The notes under the pieces were generated by a model. It was not told the origin of the DNA. It did not search any database and saw only the letters and a list, made by a program, of their open reading frames with translations. Position numbers and translations under genes: made by a program. Of a DNA stretch of 64,000 nt, positions 29,960-39,838 are shown piece after piece; the stretch's first letter is position 1; every line of letters begins with the position of its first letter. The stretch comes from Porphyridium purpureum (lineage: Eukaryota): positions 1 through 64,000 of the forward strand of contig VRMN01000026.1 in NCBI GenBank assembly GCA_008690995.1, written 5' to 3'.

Positions 29960-30526
29960 GCTTCCTGGGCACAAGCACGCTCAACGATCACGACAACACG
30001 AACAGCAAGCCTCCGATGCTCACTTTCTCCAACAGCTGCGCGCAACACGAACGGGCTCCGTCGCCCTCACGAACACAAACCGACACACGAAGCTGTCCTC
30101 TCACGCACACACACGCACAGCAATCTTCTCACGCACACACAACAAAGCACACAGCAATCCTCCTCTGTTGCGCTGGATGGGGAGCGGCCCGGGCCTTTGC
30201 ACTGGGGCGGGGATTATAGATGCGATCTTGTATGGAGGTGTTCGGCGCCTACCTTCGCAAAGGTGGTCGTGCGACACTAGGATGAATCCTAGTGAAGGCT
30301 GACCGTTACGGCTCTTGCCTACTAATACGTGCTAAGGCAGAGAGCGAGTCCGCCGTCAAGGCCTAGGCCTATCGTACAGCCAAGACTGAGACCCGCTTCC
30401 ACCCGTCGCACCCTCCGGATCGACTTACTCGAACCCCCTTACCCGCAGACTCTCCCACCCAGGCAACCCCAGAGAAACTCTAAGAGAACCTTAGAGCAAC
30501 CCCAGGTAACCAGCGATGATACCAAA

Positions 30527-30830
30527 TGTTACCAATGCTGTGCCTTTATTCTCTCTCTCTTCTTCTTCTTTCTTACCTCTTCTGTCTCCGAGCAAGACCT
30601 GACCGGCTAGCCCGGGCAGGCGCGTCGCCTTTTTATACCCTTACTTCCGCCAGGGACAGCAAGGCGCCAAGAGAAATGACAATGCAAATCATTGGCATTT
30701 CTGCGCACGTCTAGAAGTTTCCGGAACCTCTAGAAGCTTCTAGAAACGGTTAAACGGTCTACCGGTTTAACGGCTTACCGGTTTCGGATTAACCGAACCG
30801 TTCTAGGTGACTGGGGTCGAACGGATAACA
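30527..30830 (-). repeat. 5' LTR of Gypsy A1
   Basis: Repeat of 12396-12699; followed on the minus strand by TTTGGTATCA (tRNA-iMet 3'-end PBS). Confidence 0.95.
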
Positions 30831-30835
30831 ATGCA

Positions 30836-31060
30836 GCCGCGTGGGGCCTGTACGGTGCAAGCTTATCCCTTGGCATCGCCCAGCGTATGACGCATGCTCG
30901 CTCCGCCGCAAACCGTGGCAACGCCTTCGCGATGCTCATGCAGCCCGACGACTGCGACGATGACGCTGGCATGCGCGGCTATGCGTACAGCCATGCTGAT
31001 GAGAAGATGTCGTGTGACAATGATTCGTACACCCGCTGGCACCTTGTCGAGCGAGTGTGA
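30836..31060 (+). CDS. 3' remainder (74 aa plus stop) of the Copia-order polyprotein
   Basis: Removing A1 and one TSD copy restores the frame ...FRGHA-AAWGLYGASL...HLVERV*. Confidence 0.85.
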   Translation, partial: AAWGLYGASLSLGIAQRMTHARSAANRGNAFAMLMQPDDCDDDAGMRGYAYSHADEKMSCDNDSYTRWHLVERV

Positions 31061-31621
31061 TTCGTTCCTGTGCAGCCAGCGCAGAAGTGATGAGGGGGTG
31101 CGTGGAATATAGTCATCCCTCTCTGCCTGCCTGATGACGTGATGTGGAGTCATCAAATACTTAATGATGACAACTCTCCGTTGGTTGGTGACCGTAATGG
31201 TTAACCACTGTTACCAATGCTGTGCCTTTTACTCTCTCTTTGCCTTCTTCTTCTGTCTCCGAGCAAGACCTGACCGGCTAGTCCGGGCAGGCGCGTCGCC
31301 TTTTTATACCCTTACTTCCGCCAGGGACAGCAAGGCGCCAAGAGAAATGACAATGCAAACCATTGGCATTTCTGCGCGCGTCTAGAAGGTTCTGGAACCT
31401 CTAGAAGCTTCTAGAAACGGTTCAACGGTCTACCGGTTTAACGGCTTACCGGTTTCGGATTAACCGAACCGTTCTAGGTGACTGGGGTCGAACGGATAAC
31501 ACCTCCCCCCCCTCTTGGCTCGACGTCTCGGCGAGACTCCAAACTAAGTTGCATTCTTGGCTCGAGGAACCCGCGCTCCGGGAAAAAACCTCTGCCTAGC
31601 AAACATCTCACAATTCCCAAG

Positions 31622-34600
31622 TCATTCAGAGTCAGACTCTTCGATAATTTTCAACAAGTCTGGCTCAGAATCGGACGCTGGCAGGTCGTCGGGTACTTCT
31701 TCATCATTTTCCCCTGCCCTGTATTCTTCGCGTCCATAGTATGGCTTCAGATGCTGGATCGGAAAAACATCATGACAAGCCACACCCTCGGGCAAAACCA
31801 CTCGGTAAGCATGCGAGCTTACCTTCTCAATGACAGGTACCGGACCAAGAAACTTTGGTGCCGCCAAATCACTCTTGTTCGGCCGCAGTTGCGGCGCCGT
31901 GATCAACACTTGATCACCAACTTGAAACTCCCGGGCATCCTTGCTTCGATCGAAGAACTTCTGCATTCTCCCCTGGGCTTCGATCAAATTGTCGCGGACT
32001 TCTTCATGGACTTTGCACAGGCGAAACCAGTGCTCCGCCATGTCCTTCGTCTGTCCGTCGCGCGCAGGCCTCCACCCTTCGCTCGGTGGAAACCAAGGAT
32101 CCCGTCCATACACCACTTTGAACGGCGCGAATCCAGTGGCACTGCTTGGTGCAGAGTTGTATGCAAACTCGTACAACGGCAAGTCTCGCACCCAGCCACT
32201 ATTCGTCGCCATCAACTTGAGCATTTCCCGAATCACGCGGTTCACTCGCTCAGTTTGGCCATCAGTTTGCGGATGGTTGGCGGTAGACATAGCCAACTTC
32301 ATACCCACCCGCTTGCTCAACTGCTGCCAAAACGTGGACGTAAACAGCGGATCTCGGTCCGATACAATTGACTTGGGGTATCCGAAACGGCTCACGACGT
32401 GCTTCACGAACAAGTCAGCACAACGCTTTGCTGTCAAGTCCTTGCGCGTCGGGATGAACAACGCCATCTTCGAAAAGCGATCCACCACAGTCATGATTGC
32501 ATCACAGCTGCCTTCGCTCCGAGGCAGCTCCGTCACGAAGTCCATCGAAATGTCGACCCAAGGTCCTTCTGGGATCGACAAGGGCTTCAGCTTTCCAAAC
32601 GACCGATTCTCAGACTTTGTCACTTGGCACGCGTGACAAGTCTTCACAAAACGGCTCACGTCTCGCTTCATCTTTGGCCAGTAAAAGCAAGTGATCAAAG
32701 ATGCATACGTCGTGTCGGCTCCACGGTGTCCTGCTGTCGGGATATCGTGGTGGAGCTGCATGACACGCTCTCTGAACTTCCTCGGCACGCAAACGCGATT
32801 CCTCAAGTACAAGAGCCCAGCTTCGGTTCGAAAACCCTGGTGGGTCGGTAAGTCACCCATCAAAGTACCAAAGTCTGGGTCACTCGAGTACGAACCCACG
32901 AATGCCTGGAAACCCGCACCAAATTCATCACACCGAACTTGGTACTCTAGCGCGTGCAACTCCGGCTTCCTCGACAAAGCATCGGCTACCACGTTCGACT
33001 TGCCTTTCACGTAGTCGATCGTGATGTCAAACTCGGCCAAAAAGTCCAACCACCGTGCTTGCCGGCCATTCAGCTCCTTCTGCGTCATCAGATGTTTCAA
33101 CGCCTCATGATCCGTATGAAGCACAAACTTTGCCCCGTACAGATAAGGTCGAAACTCTCGCAGACAGTGAATGACGGCCATGAGCTCACCTTCATAGCTG
33201 CTGTACCTGGTCTCTCGGTCCAGCAGCTTCCTTGACGTAAACGCGACCGGTCTGCCTTCCTGTGCCAGCCATCCCCCCACCGCGACTTCAGAGCGGTCCG
33301 TGTACACCTCAAATGGCTTTTCAGGGTCTGGCAAGGCCAACACCGGCGCTTCCGTCAACATCCCGACAATCTTCTTGAAGGCCGACTTGCCTTCATCTCC
33401 CAGCTCGATCAGCTGCTTCTTCGACTTTGCGTTCTGCAACAGCGAAGTCAGCGGCGCCACGACGGTAGAGTATCCTTTGACAAATCTCCGAAACCAGTTT
33501 GTCATTCCCAAAAAGGATCTCAACTCCGTCACCGTCTTTGGCACTGGCCAATCTTTCAAAGCTTCCACCTTCCGTGGATCCATCTTCACGCAACCGTTGC
33601 CGACAATGTTCCCCAGGTATTCGACTTCAGAAACGAAAAAGCTGCACTTCTTGCGCTTCAAATGATACCCCGCCCTTTGCAAGCGCGACAACACTTCCTT
33701 CAGGACCTCGCCGTGCGACTGCCTATCCTTGGTAAAGACCAAAATATCGTCCAAGTAGACAATGACGGTCTTGTCCAGCAGATCTGCAAACAGCTCGTTC
33801 ATGGCCCTCTGAAAAGTTGCCGGCGCGTTGCAAAGACCAAACGGCATCACACGGAACTCGAACTGTCCGTACCTGGTCTGGAACGCGGTCTTCGGCACGT
33901 CCTCTCCCCGAACACGCAACTGGTGGTATCCCGATGCCAAATCCAACTTTGAGAAACAATGAGCTGCTCCCAGTCGATCCAGCAACTCATCCATGTTCGG
34001 CAACGGATACCGGTCCTTCACAGTTGCGTCGTTCAACGCCCGATAATCAACGCACATCCTCATGCTGCCGTCTTTCTTCTTCACGAACAGCACGGGTGCT
34101 CCAAACGGGCTCTGACTCGGCTGGACGAATCCCTTGTCCAGCAAGTCATCCAAAGTCTCTCGGAGGACTTTCAACTCCGCAGGGCTCAGTCGGTAGACCC
34201 TGCCCACTCTCACAGGCTTCTCATCTTTCAGCCTAATCACATGCTCCACTGTTCGGCTCTCAGGCAGCCCACGTGGCTCCTCGAACAGATTTTCGAAATC
34301 ATTGAGCATCTTTCTCACAGAGTCAGCGTCTTTGCGCTCCACTGAACAGGGCTCCTCCCTTCCTTTCAGCACGCCGAGGTAGCACTCTTGTACCTCCTGA
34401 CTCTTCAACAGCCGACGGAGCTCTTTCCGCGGCACCAGCATCTGCGTCATGCTCCAGGCCTTCTTCTCTCCGTAGGCCAACATGCCAGACTGCCAATCAA
34501 TCACTGGGTTCTCCCGCTTCAGCCACTCCATGCCCAAGATTGCGTCTTGTCCCGCAATCCGGCAAATGGCAAAGTTAGCGGCTCCCGAGTACCCATCACT

Positions 34601-35020
34601 CAGTGTAAACTTGACATTGGAAACTTCTCCGGCTGTTTCCAATACGGACCCATCCGCTAGGGTCACATGATCTCTCTTCCACGACGCCTTCTGCTTCAGG
34701 CCGTCGGATTTCTGCACAAAGTCCACGCTCATGAAGTTGTCCGTCGCGCCACTGTCAATCAAAAACGTGGCCTCTCCATCGGACGTGTGCACTTTTCCTC
34801 GAACTCGAAGCAGCATGGCAGCTCCCATCCCTCCAAGTTCCTTGATCACGGGCTGATTTGCGCTCGAGTTTCGCCCACAAGGTTTCGGACAGCCAGACCT
34901 TGGCTTACCAAGGCCACCACAGCGGTCTTCATTGCCGCCCCTAGAGATCTCGTAACGTCTGCGAGCCTCCTTTCCCTCTGACTGTCCGAGGAACCTCTCT
35001 ACTCGAGCTCCTCGTTTTTT
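31622..35020 (-). CDS. Gypsy A2 pol (PR-RT-RH-IN; no chromodomain seen), entered by -1 frameshift
   Basis: Uninterrupted 1163-aa ORF with LIDSGA, YLDD, RNase H and DDE integrase. Confidence 0.95.
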   Translation of the reverse strand, partial: KKRGARVERFLGQSEGKEARRRYEISRGGNEDRCGGLGKPRSGCPKPCGRNSSANQPVIKELGGMGAAMLLRVRGKVHTSDGEATFLIDSGATDNFMSVDFVQKSDGLKQKASWKRDHVTLADGSVLETAGEVSNVKFTLSDGYSGAANFAICRIAGQDAILGMEWLKRENPVIDWQSGMLAYGEKKAWSMTQMLVPRKELRRLLKSQEVQECYLGVLKGREEPCSVERKDADSVRKMLNDFENLFEEPRGLPESRTVEHVIRLKDEKPVRVGRVYRLSPAELKVLRETLDDLLDKGFVQPSQSPFGAPVLFVKKKDGSMRMCVDYRALNDATVKDRYPLPNMDELLDRLGAAHCFSKLDLASGYHQLRVRGEDVPKTAFQTRYGQFEFRVMPFGLCNAPATFQRAMNELFADLLDKTVIVYLDDILVFTKDRQSHGEVLKEVLSRLQRAGYHLKRKKCSFFVSEVEYLGNIVGNGCVKMDPRKVEALKDWPVPKTVTELRSFLGMTNWFRRFVKGYSTVVAPLTSLLQNAKSKKQLIELGDEGKSAFKKIVGMLTEAPVLALPDPEKPFEVYTDRSEVAVGGWLAQEGRPVAFTSRKLLDRETRYSSYEGELMAVIHCLREFRPYLYGAKFVLHTDHEALKHLMTQKELNGRQARWLDFLAEFDITIDYVKGKSNVVADALSRKPELHALEYQVRCDEFGAGFQAFVGSYSSDPDFGTLMGDLPTHQGFRTEAGLLYLRNRVCVPRKFRERVMQLHHDIPTAGHRGADTTYASLITCFYWPKMKRDVSRFVKTCHACQVTKSENRSFGKLKPLSIPEGPWVDISMDFVTELPRSEGSCDAIMTVVDRFSKMALFIPTRKDLTAKRCADLFVKHVVSRFGYPKSIVSDRDPLFTSTFWQQLSKRVGMKLAMSTANHPQTDGQTERVNRVIREMLKLMATNSGWVRDLPLYEFAYNSAPSSATGFAPFKVVYGRDPWFPPSEGWRPARDGQTKDMAEHWFRLCKVHEEVRDNLIEAQGRMQKFFDRSKDAREFQVGDQVLITAPQLRPNKSDLAAPKFLGPVPVIEKVSSHAYRVVLPEGVACHDVFPIQHLKPYYGREEYRAGENDEEVPDDLPASDSEPDLLKIIEESDSE

Positions 35021-35805
35021 GACTCCAGCGAGTCTCCCTCCAGCTGCTGGATAGTCTTCCTTGCCTCGGGACACTTCCTGGCGATGTGTCCCGGCTTTCC
35101 ACAATTCCAGCACATGACCTCGGTACGAGCACGCCTCTGACCCTGCACATGTCCCAGCTCCATCGGGACGGGTCCTTCCTGCGCTGCGCGACCGAAAAAT
35201 GGCGTCCTCACACTTGAATCACGCACGCCGCGAGTCGCATGAATGGCGTCGTCCACGACCACCGCCACCTGCGCAGCCTCCGCGAACGTACTCACTCCTC
35301 GCTTGTACACTTCCAAGCGGACCTCGGGCTTCAGACCCCTCACGAAGCGGTCCATCATTTCTGCGTCCGACAAGTCCGGAATCACAAGTGCCGCGTCCTG
35401 AAAAGCCGCCACGTACGCATGGGCCGGGCCTTTCTGCGAAAGACGCGTCAACTTGTCCCTTGCACGCCTGATCGAATCATGCGGCGTGAACCGAGCACTC
35501 ACGAGGGCAGCAAAATCATTCCACGTCGTGGGGATCTCCTGCGGGTAGCGCTCGCAGTTCAGAACCCACCAATGAAGCGCCTCTCCCTCGAAGTAGTCTG
35601 ATGCCAAGTCCACAGCACGCCTCTCCGCAAGCAGACGTTTCTCCAAATCGTCCGGGTGGATGCTCTCCAACAACCGGCCCAAGATCTTCTTTCTCGCCTG
35701 GAACAACCACGTCTTCACAACCAGAAGGTCACGCTTCCCGTCGAACCTCATCAGACGGGCCTCCTTCGGGCCACGTGGTCCCAGCGTCTCCGAATCAATC
35801 TCCAT
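34999..35805 (-). CDS. Gypsy A2 gag
   Basis: Near-identical to A1 gag; CWNCGKPGHIARKC; heptamer at 35020-35014. Confidence 0.92.
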   Translation of the reverse strand: MEIDSETLGPRGPKEARLMRFDGKRDLLVVKTWLFQARKKILGRLLESIHPDDLEKRLLAERRAVDLASDYFEGEALHWWVLNCERYPQEIPTTWNDFAALVSARFTPHDSIRRARDKLTRLSQKGPAHAYVAAFQDAALVIPDLSDAEMMDRFVRGLKPEVRLEVYKRGVSTFAEAAQVAVVVDDAIHATRGVRDSSVRTPFFGRAAQEGPVPMELGHVQGQRRARTEVMCWNCGKPGHIARKCPEARKTIQQLEGDSLESKNEELE

Positions 35806-37534
35806 GCTTTCTGGACACAAGCACACTCAACGACGACAACGACACGAACAGCAAGCCTCCGATGCTCACTTTCTCCAACAGCTGCGCGCACCACGAACGG
35901 GCTCGGTCGCCCTCACGACCACAAATCGACACACGAAGCGGTCCTCTCACTCACACACACGCACAGCAACCCTCTCACGCACACACAACAAAGCACACAG
36001 CAATCCTCCTCTGTTGCGCTGGATGGGGAGCGGCCCGGGCCTTTGCACTGGGGCGGGGATTATAGATGCGATCTTGTATGGAGGTGTTCGGCGCCTACCT
36101 TCGCAAAGGTGGTCGTGCGACACTAGGATGAATCCTAGTGAAGGCTGACCGTTACGGCTCTTGCCTACTAATACGTGCTAAGGTAGAGAGCGAGTCCGCC
36201 GTCAAGGCCTAGGCCTATCGTACAGCCAAGACTGAGACCCGCTTCCACCCGTCGCACCCTCCGGATCGACTTACTCGAACCCCCTTACCCGCAGACTCTC
36301 CCACCCAGGCAACCCCAGAGAAACTCTAAAAGAACCTTAGAGCAACCCCAGGTAACCAGCGATGATACCAAATGTTACCAATGCTGTGCCTTTATTCTCT
36401 CTCTGCGTCTTCTTACCTCTTCTGTCTCCGAGCAAGACCTGACCGGCTAGTCCGGGCAGGCGCGTCGCCTTTTTATACCCTTACTTCCGCCAGGGACAGC
36501 AAGGCGCCAAGAGAAATGACAATGCAAACCATTGGCATTTCTGCGCGCGTCTAGAAGGTTCTGGAACCTCTAGAAGCTTCTAGAAACGGTTCAACGGTCT
36601 ACCGGTTTAACGGCTTACCGGTTTCGGATTAACCGAACCGTTCTAGGTGACTGGGGTCGAACGGATAACAACCACAGTAGTATATCATTCGAGTGTGAGA
36701 GACGGCCGACGAGTCGGCGCTCTGTCTCCTTTGGAGGTAAGAGCTAGGTTGTGTTAAGGAGTAAAGTCGTCTTGTTGTGGACCTCTTGCTTCAGCTAGCC
36801 ACCAGTAGTTTACTATTGGTACACGTTTGGTATACGCGTGCTTCACGAAGACGCTATCATCAAAGTTTATACCCAAAACACCCTTTTTCCATAGACGTCA
36901 TCGGTTCTCTGTCGCCCTCCTTTCGGATCGACTCCGCGCGGCGTTTGTTTCTTTCCGGTTTGGTTGGTTCTCATTCTTTCTCATCATAGCAAACGCACCC
37001 TGCGTCTTGACGCGGTTCGGAAGGAGCGCGTGCGTGAGTGATACGTGCGGCTACCGGCTTCCGCAACGATAAGAGTACACTGTACACTACTGAAATGGAG
37101 AGGTGCGAACTGTACACCTGTTGGGCGTGGAGGTTCTGCGGAACGCGGATGAGGTACTGCGCGATGGTTCTCAGCACGAGGAAGTGCTGGGCGTGACCCT
37201 GGAAGTAACTGGGCATGCGGGTTAGATTCAGGGTTGCGGGAAAGCGCGCGCGAAGTTGGAGTGGGGGAGGGGGAAGGAGCGGAAGACGCAGAGGGAGAGA
37301 GCAAGGCGGCGAGAAAGGTCGAGGTGGCGTGCGGGCGGGAGCGCGTGCGGGGAAGGAGCTCAGCGTTGCGTCTTTCTGCGCGACTCATATAGTTCTTTGC
37401 TTGTTGCGCTGGACGAGTGGCGCGTCGGTTCGTGGGGGAGGTTGCGTGGGTGGACGTGAAGAACGCAACAGAGCGGTGGTTGCGCGACGGTCGAGCTGGG
37501 TGTCTCGTGTGAGACGCTGCTGCGGACATTTGCG

Positions 37535-39607
37535 ATGGATCTCGAGCAGCAAGCAAGCGAGCTGGCCGAGCAGCGCGCCAAGATCATGCGGGAACTGCAA
37601 GAGCTGGAAACGCACGGAACAGGAGAGGATGGGGGGCTTTCAAGCGTCGAACTTGCGGTCAAGACTGATGAAGAAACGGCGCAAACGCCGTCCGCCCCAC
37701 AGCCCCATGCCGAGGAGGCCAAGTATCCTGCGGGTTTCGAAAGTTCGGTGCGGGACGCAAGCACGGCACGCCCGTCGCGAGGTACGGGCGGTTCCGCGGC
37801 TTTGGCTTCAACGCCGCAAACCGCCCAGCAAGAAAACTCAGCGGGACAAAGACAAACCTCGGCACAAGAAAGGGCGCCTATAAATAAGCATGGCGGTAAG
37901 AATTTCTACGAATTACTGCTCGATTGCGAGAAGGAAGTGCGGGATGCGAAGGGCTTCTCGGACCTCGAAGCGGCGGCACGCGGGGAGATCAAGGTTTTGC
38001 GCGTCCGCAAGGGCGAGTCGGCACCAAAGCACGCCAAGTTGCTGTGTAAAGTACCCAACACGGGAGTGGATTTTACAGTACCCATCAACGTCGTCGGCTA
38101 TTCGGACGTCGTGAAGACGCCGATCTGCCTGAATGAAATCCGGGACAAAATTCGGCAGGGCGAATACTGGAAGGCGGAGCAATACCTGCAGGATATGGAG
38201 CTTCTTGCGCGCAACACGCACGCGTTCAACCGAGGCCCGGATGTAGATTGGATCTGTCAGCATGCCGATATTATGCTAGAGGTAGCGCACGACGCCGTGC
38301 TTGCCCGCGGAGAGGCGTTGGACGCTGCTGAGAAGGAGCTTGAAACCGGACTGGTTGTTCCTCCGGAGCGCGCCAAGCGCAACTCGAATCGTAACTCGCT
38401 CGATTCCGATAGGCCCAGAGGTTTTGGTGGCTCGCCCGCGGGGAAACAACAGCAGCAGGAGGAATTGCCAGAGGTTGACTCGATGATCCAGATTTATTCG
38501 AGCACGCACCGTAAGTGGCGCACAGCGCGGCTGATGTCTTACAACCGCGACAGAACGAGGGCGGTCGTATATTATGAGGAGCTTGGTGGTGAGGGGGAGG
38601 TCGACATGGTGCACGGTAAGTGGAAGCTGGCGCCCGTTGAACCGCAGACACTTGCCAAAACGAGCATCACCTCGACACAGGCAACAGTTCAGCAGCAGGC
38701 TTCGCCGCAGCGTCGAGCGTCTGGTTCCAGCGGCGGTGAGCACAAGCGCAGGCGGACAACAGATGAACCAGCACAGCTTTCGCTTGCCGTGGATGAAGGC
38801 CTACTTGATAGGTTGGAAGAGATCAAGTCAACGGTTGGCGAGCAACTCACTGCGCAGGTGCGCGGGATTGACGCCAAACTGGAGACGCTCAGCCAGCCGG
38901 TAGTGGAATTTGACGACGCCAAGCTTGGCGTGTTGCTTGATAAGCTTGAGTCGCGTTGCCGTGTACTCATTGAGACAGCCAAAATTGAGATCGATACCAA
39001 GCTGACCTTGCTTTTAGCGCAGAAGGAGGCCCGAATGATAGAAGCCGTGGACCGAGTGGTAAACAGCCGGATGGAAGAGTGGGTCGCGCGTATGGATGCA
39101 GATCGTAAGGCGCGCCACCACCACCACCATCATCACGGTAGCCGTGGTAGTATCCACAAGGACGCTAATCACTCGAACTCGGTCGGCGATAGAAGCACGG
39201 CGGAGCAGCCTGGGACAGCAGGGGGGGCGTCTCGTGGATTCGAACTTTCAGACAGTTTGTCAAAAAGTCCGCCTGTCTATGAGCAACTACCGATCGGCTC
39301 GCGGCTTTCGCCTCGTGCGGCGGCCGTGTTGGGAGTGGATTCGGGCATTCTGATGAATGGCGGCGTCGAGCTCAGCGCGCACCATGACGAACCTACGTCT
39401 GAAGGTAATGGCGCTGCCGGAATGCGCTCCGCAGGAAATGCTGAAGCGGTGAAGCCTGGTCCTGCTTTGCAAAAGCAGTTCTACGGAGACGATGTCGTAG
39501 AGCTGGAGACGGCGGCCGTCGCAGAGGAGCCTGAGCCTGAGCCTGCGCTTACGATGGACACCGAGGGGCATCCAAATCAACGTGTACATATGGACATAGA
39601 GCCTTAA
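37535..39607 (+). CDS. Bromodomain-containing protein with a possible Tudor/Agenet-like domain and coiled coil
   Basis: GYSDVVKTPICLNEIRDKI...Y...YLQDMELLARNTHAFN (bromodomain ZA/BC loops); IQIYS...KWRTARLMSYN...AVVYYEE. Confidence 0.8.
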   Translation: MDLEQQASELAEQRAKIMRELQELETHGTGEDGGLSSVELAVKTDEETAQTPSAPQPHAEEAKYPAGFESSVRDASTARPSRGTGGSAALASTPQTAQQENSAGQRQTSAQERAPINKHGGKNFYELLLDCEKEVRDAKGFSDLEAAARGEIKVLRVRKGESAPKHAKLLCKVPNTGVDFTVPINVVGYSDVVKTPICLNEIRDKIRQGEYWKAEQYLQDMELLARNTHAFNRGPDVDWICQHADIMLEVAHDAVLARGEALDAAEKELETGLVVPPERAKRNSNRNSLDSDRPRGFGGSPAGKQQQQEELPEVDSMIQIYSSTHRKWRTARLMSYNRDRTRAVVYYEELGGEGEVDMVHGKWKLAPVEPQTLAKTSITSTQATVQQQASPQRRASGSSGGEHKRRRTTDEPAQLSLAVDEGLLDRLEEIKSTVGEQLTAQVRGIDAKLETLSQPVVEFDDAKLGVLLDKLESRCRVLIETAKIEIDTKLTLLLAQKEARMIEAVDRVVNSRMEEWVARMDADRKARHHHHHHHGSRGSIHKDANHSNSVGDRSTAEQPGTAGGASRGFELSDSLSKSPPVYEQLPIGSRLSPRAAAVLGVDSGILMNGGVELSAHHDEPTSEGNGAAGMRSAGNAEAVKPGPALQKQFYGDDVVELETAAVAEEPEPEPALTMDTEGHPNQRVHMDIEP

Positions 39608-39838
39608 ATCCGGCGCGAGGTAGGCACAATGAGCAAGGGGGAGTGAAGCACCAATGATCACGGGATTCGTAGGTTTAATTCAGAAACAGTGTAAGTTTAA
39701 AAACGGACCAGCAACGGATCAACGTCGAGCTCCCGAGATGAACCGTGAACGGCAATGCGGTTCCCCTGAAGAAGTCTGGCAAAGGCCGATACATGGAAAA
39801 ACATCCGGCATATGATGCAAAACCCGGCGGTATCAGGC

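Larger units (their letters stand above)
12396..30830 (-). mobile_element. Gypsy family A, copy A1 (interrupted by Gypsy B), inserted at the end of the Copia RNase H
   Basis: 304-bp TG...CA LTRs at 12396-12699 and 30527-30830, identical by eye; 5-bp TSD ATGCA at 12391-12395 and 30831-30835; PBS TGGTATCA at 30524-30517; PPT ~12712-12700. Confidence 0.96.
31209..36670 (-). mobile_element. Gypsy family A, copy A2 (intact), inserted in the Copia 3' LTR
   Basis: LTRs at 31209-31501 and 36373-36670; 5-bp TSD ACCAC at 31204-31208 and 36671-36675; PBS TGGTATCA at 36370-36363; PPT ~31514-31502. Confidence 0.96.
7025..36865 (+). mobile_element. Copia-order LTR retrotransposon (outermost element) with Gypsy-like gag and protease; interrupted by Gypsy A1 and A2
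   Basis: 298-bp LTRs (7025-7322; 31101-31208 plus 36676-36865) with 1 visible mismatch; TSD TTTAT at 7020-7024 and 36866-36870; PBS 7323-7337; PPT 31084-31100; IN-RT-RH domain order. Confidence 0.95.
31101..36865 (+). repeat. 3' LTR of the Copia-order element, split by Gypsy A2 (pieces 31101-31208 and 36676-36865)
   Basis: The two pieces reassemble to the 7025-7322 sequence. Confidence 0.93.

Noticed and set aside
31515..31621. Readthrough chromodomain after the family A pol stop
   Set aside because: The in-frame continuation is only about 25 codons before TAG and has no chromodomain aromatic pattern
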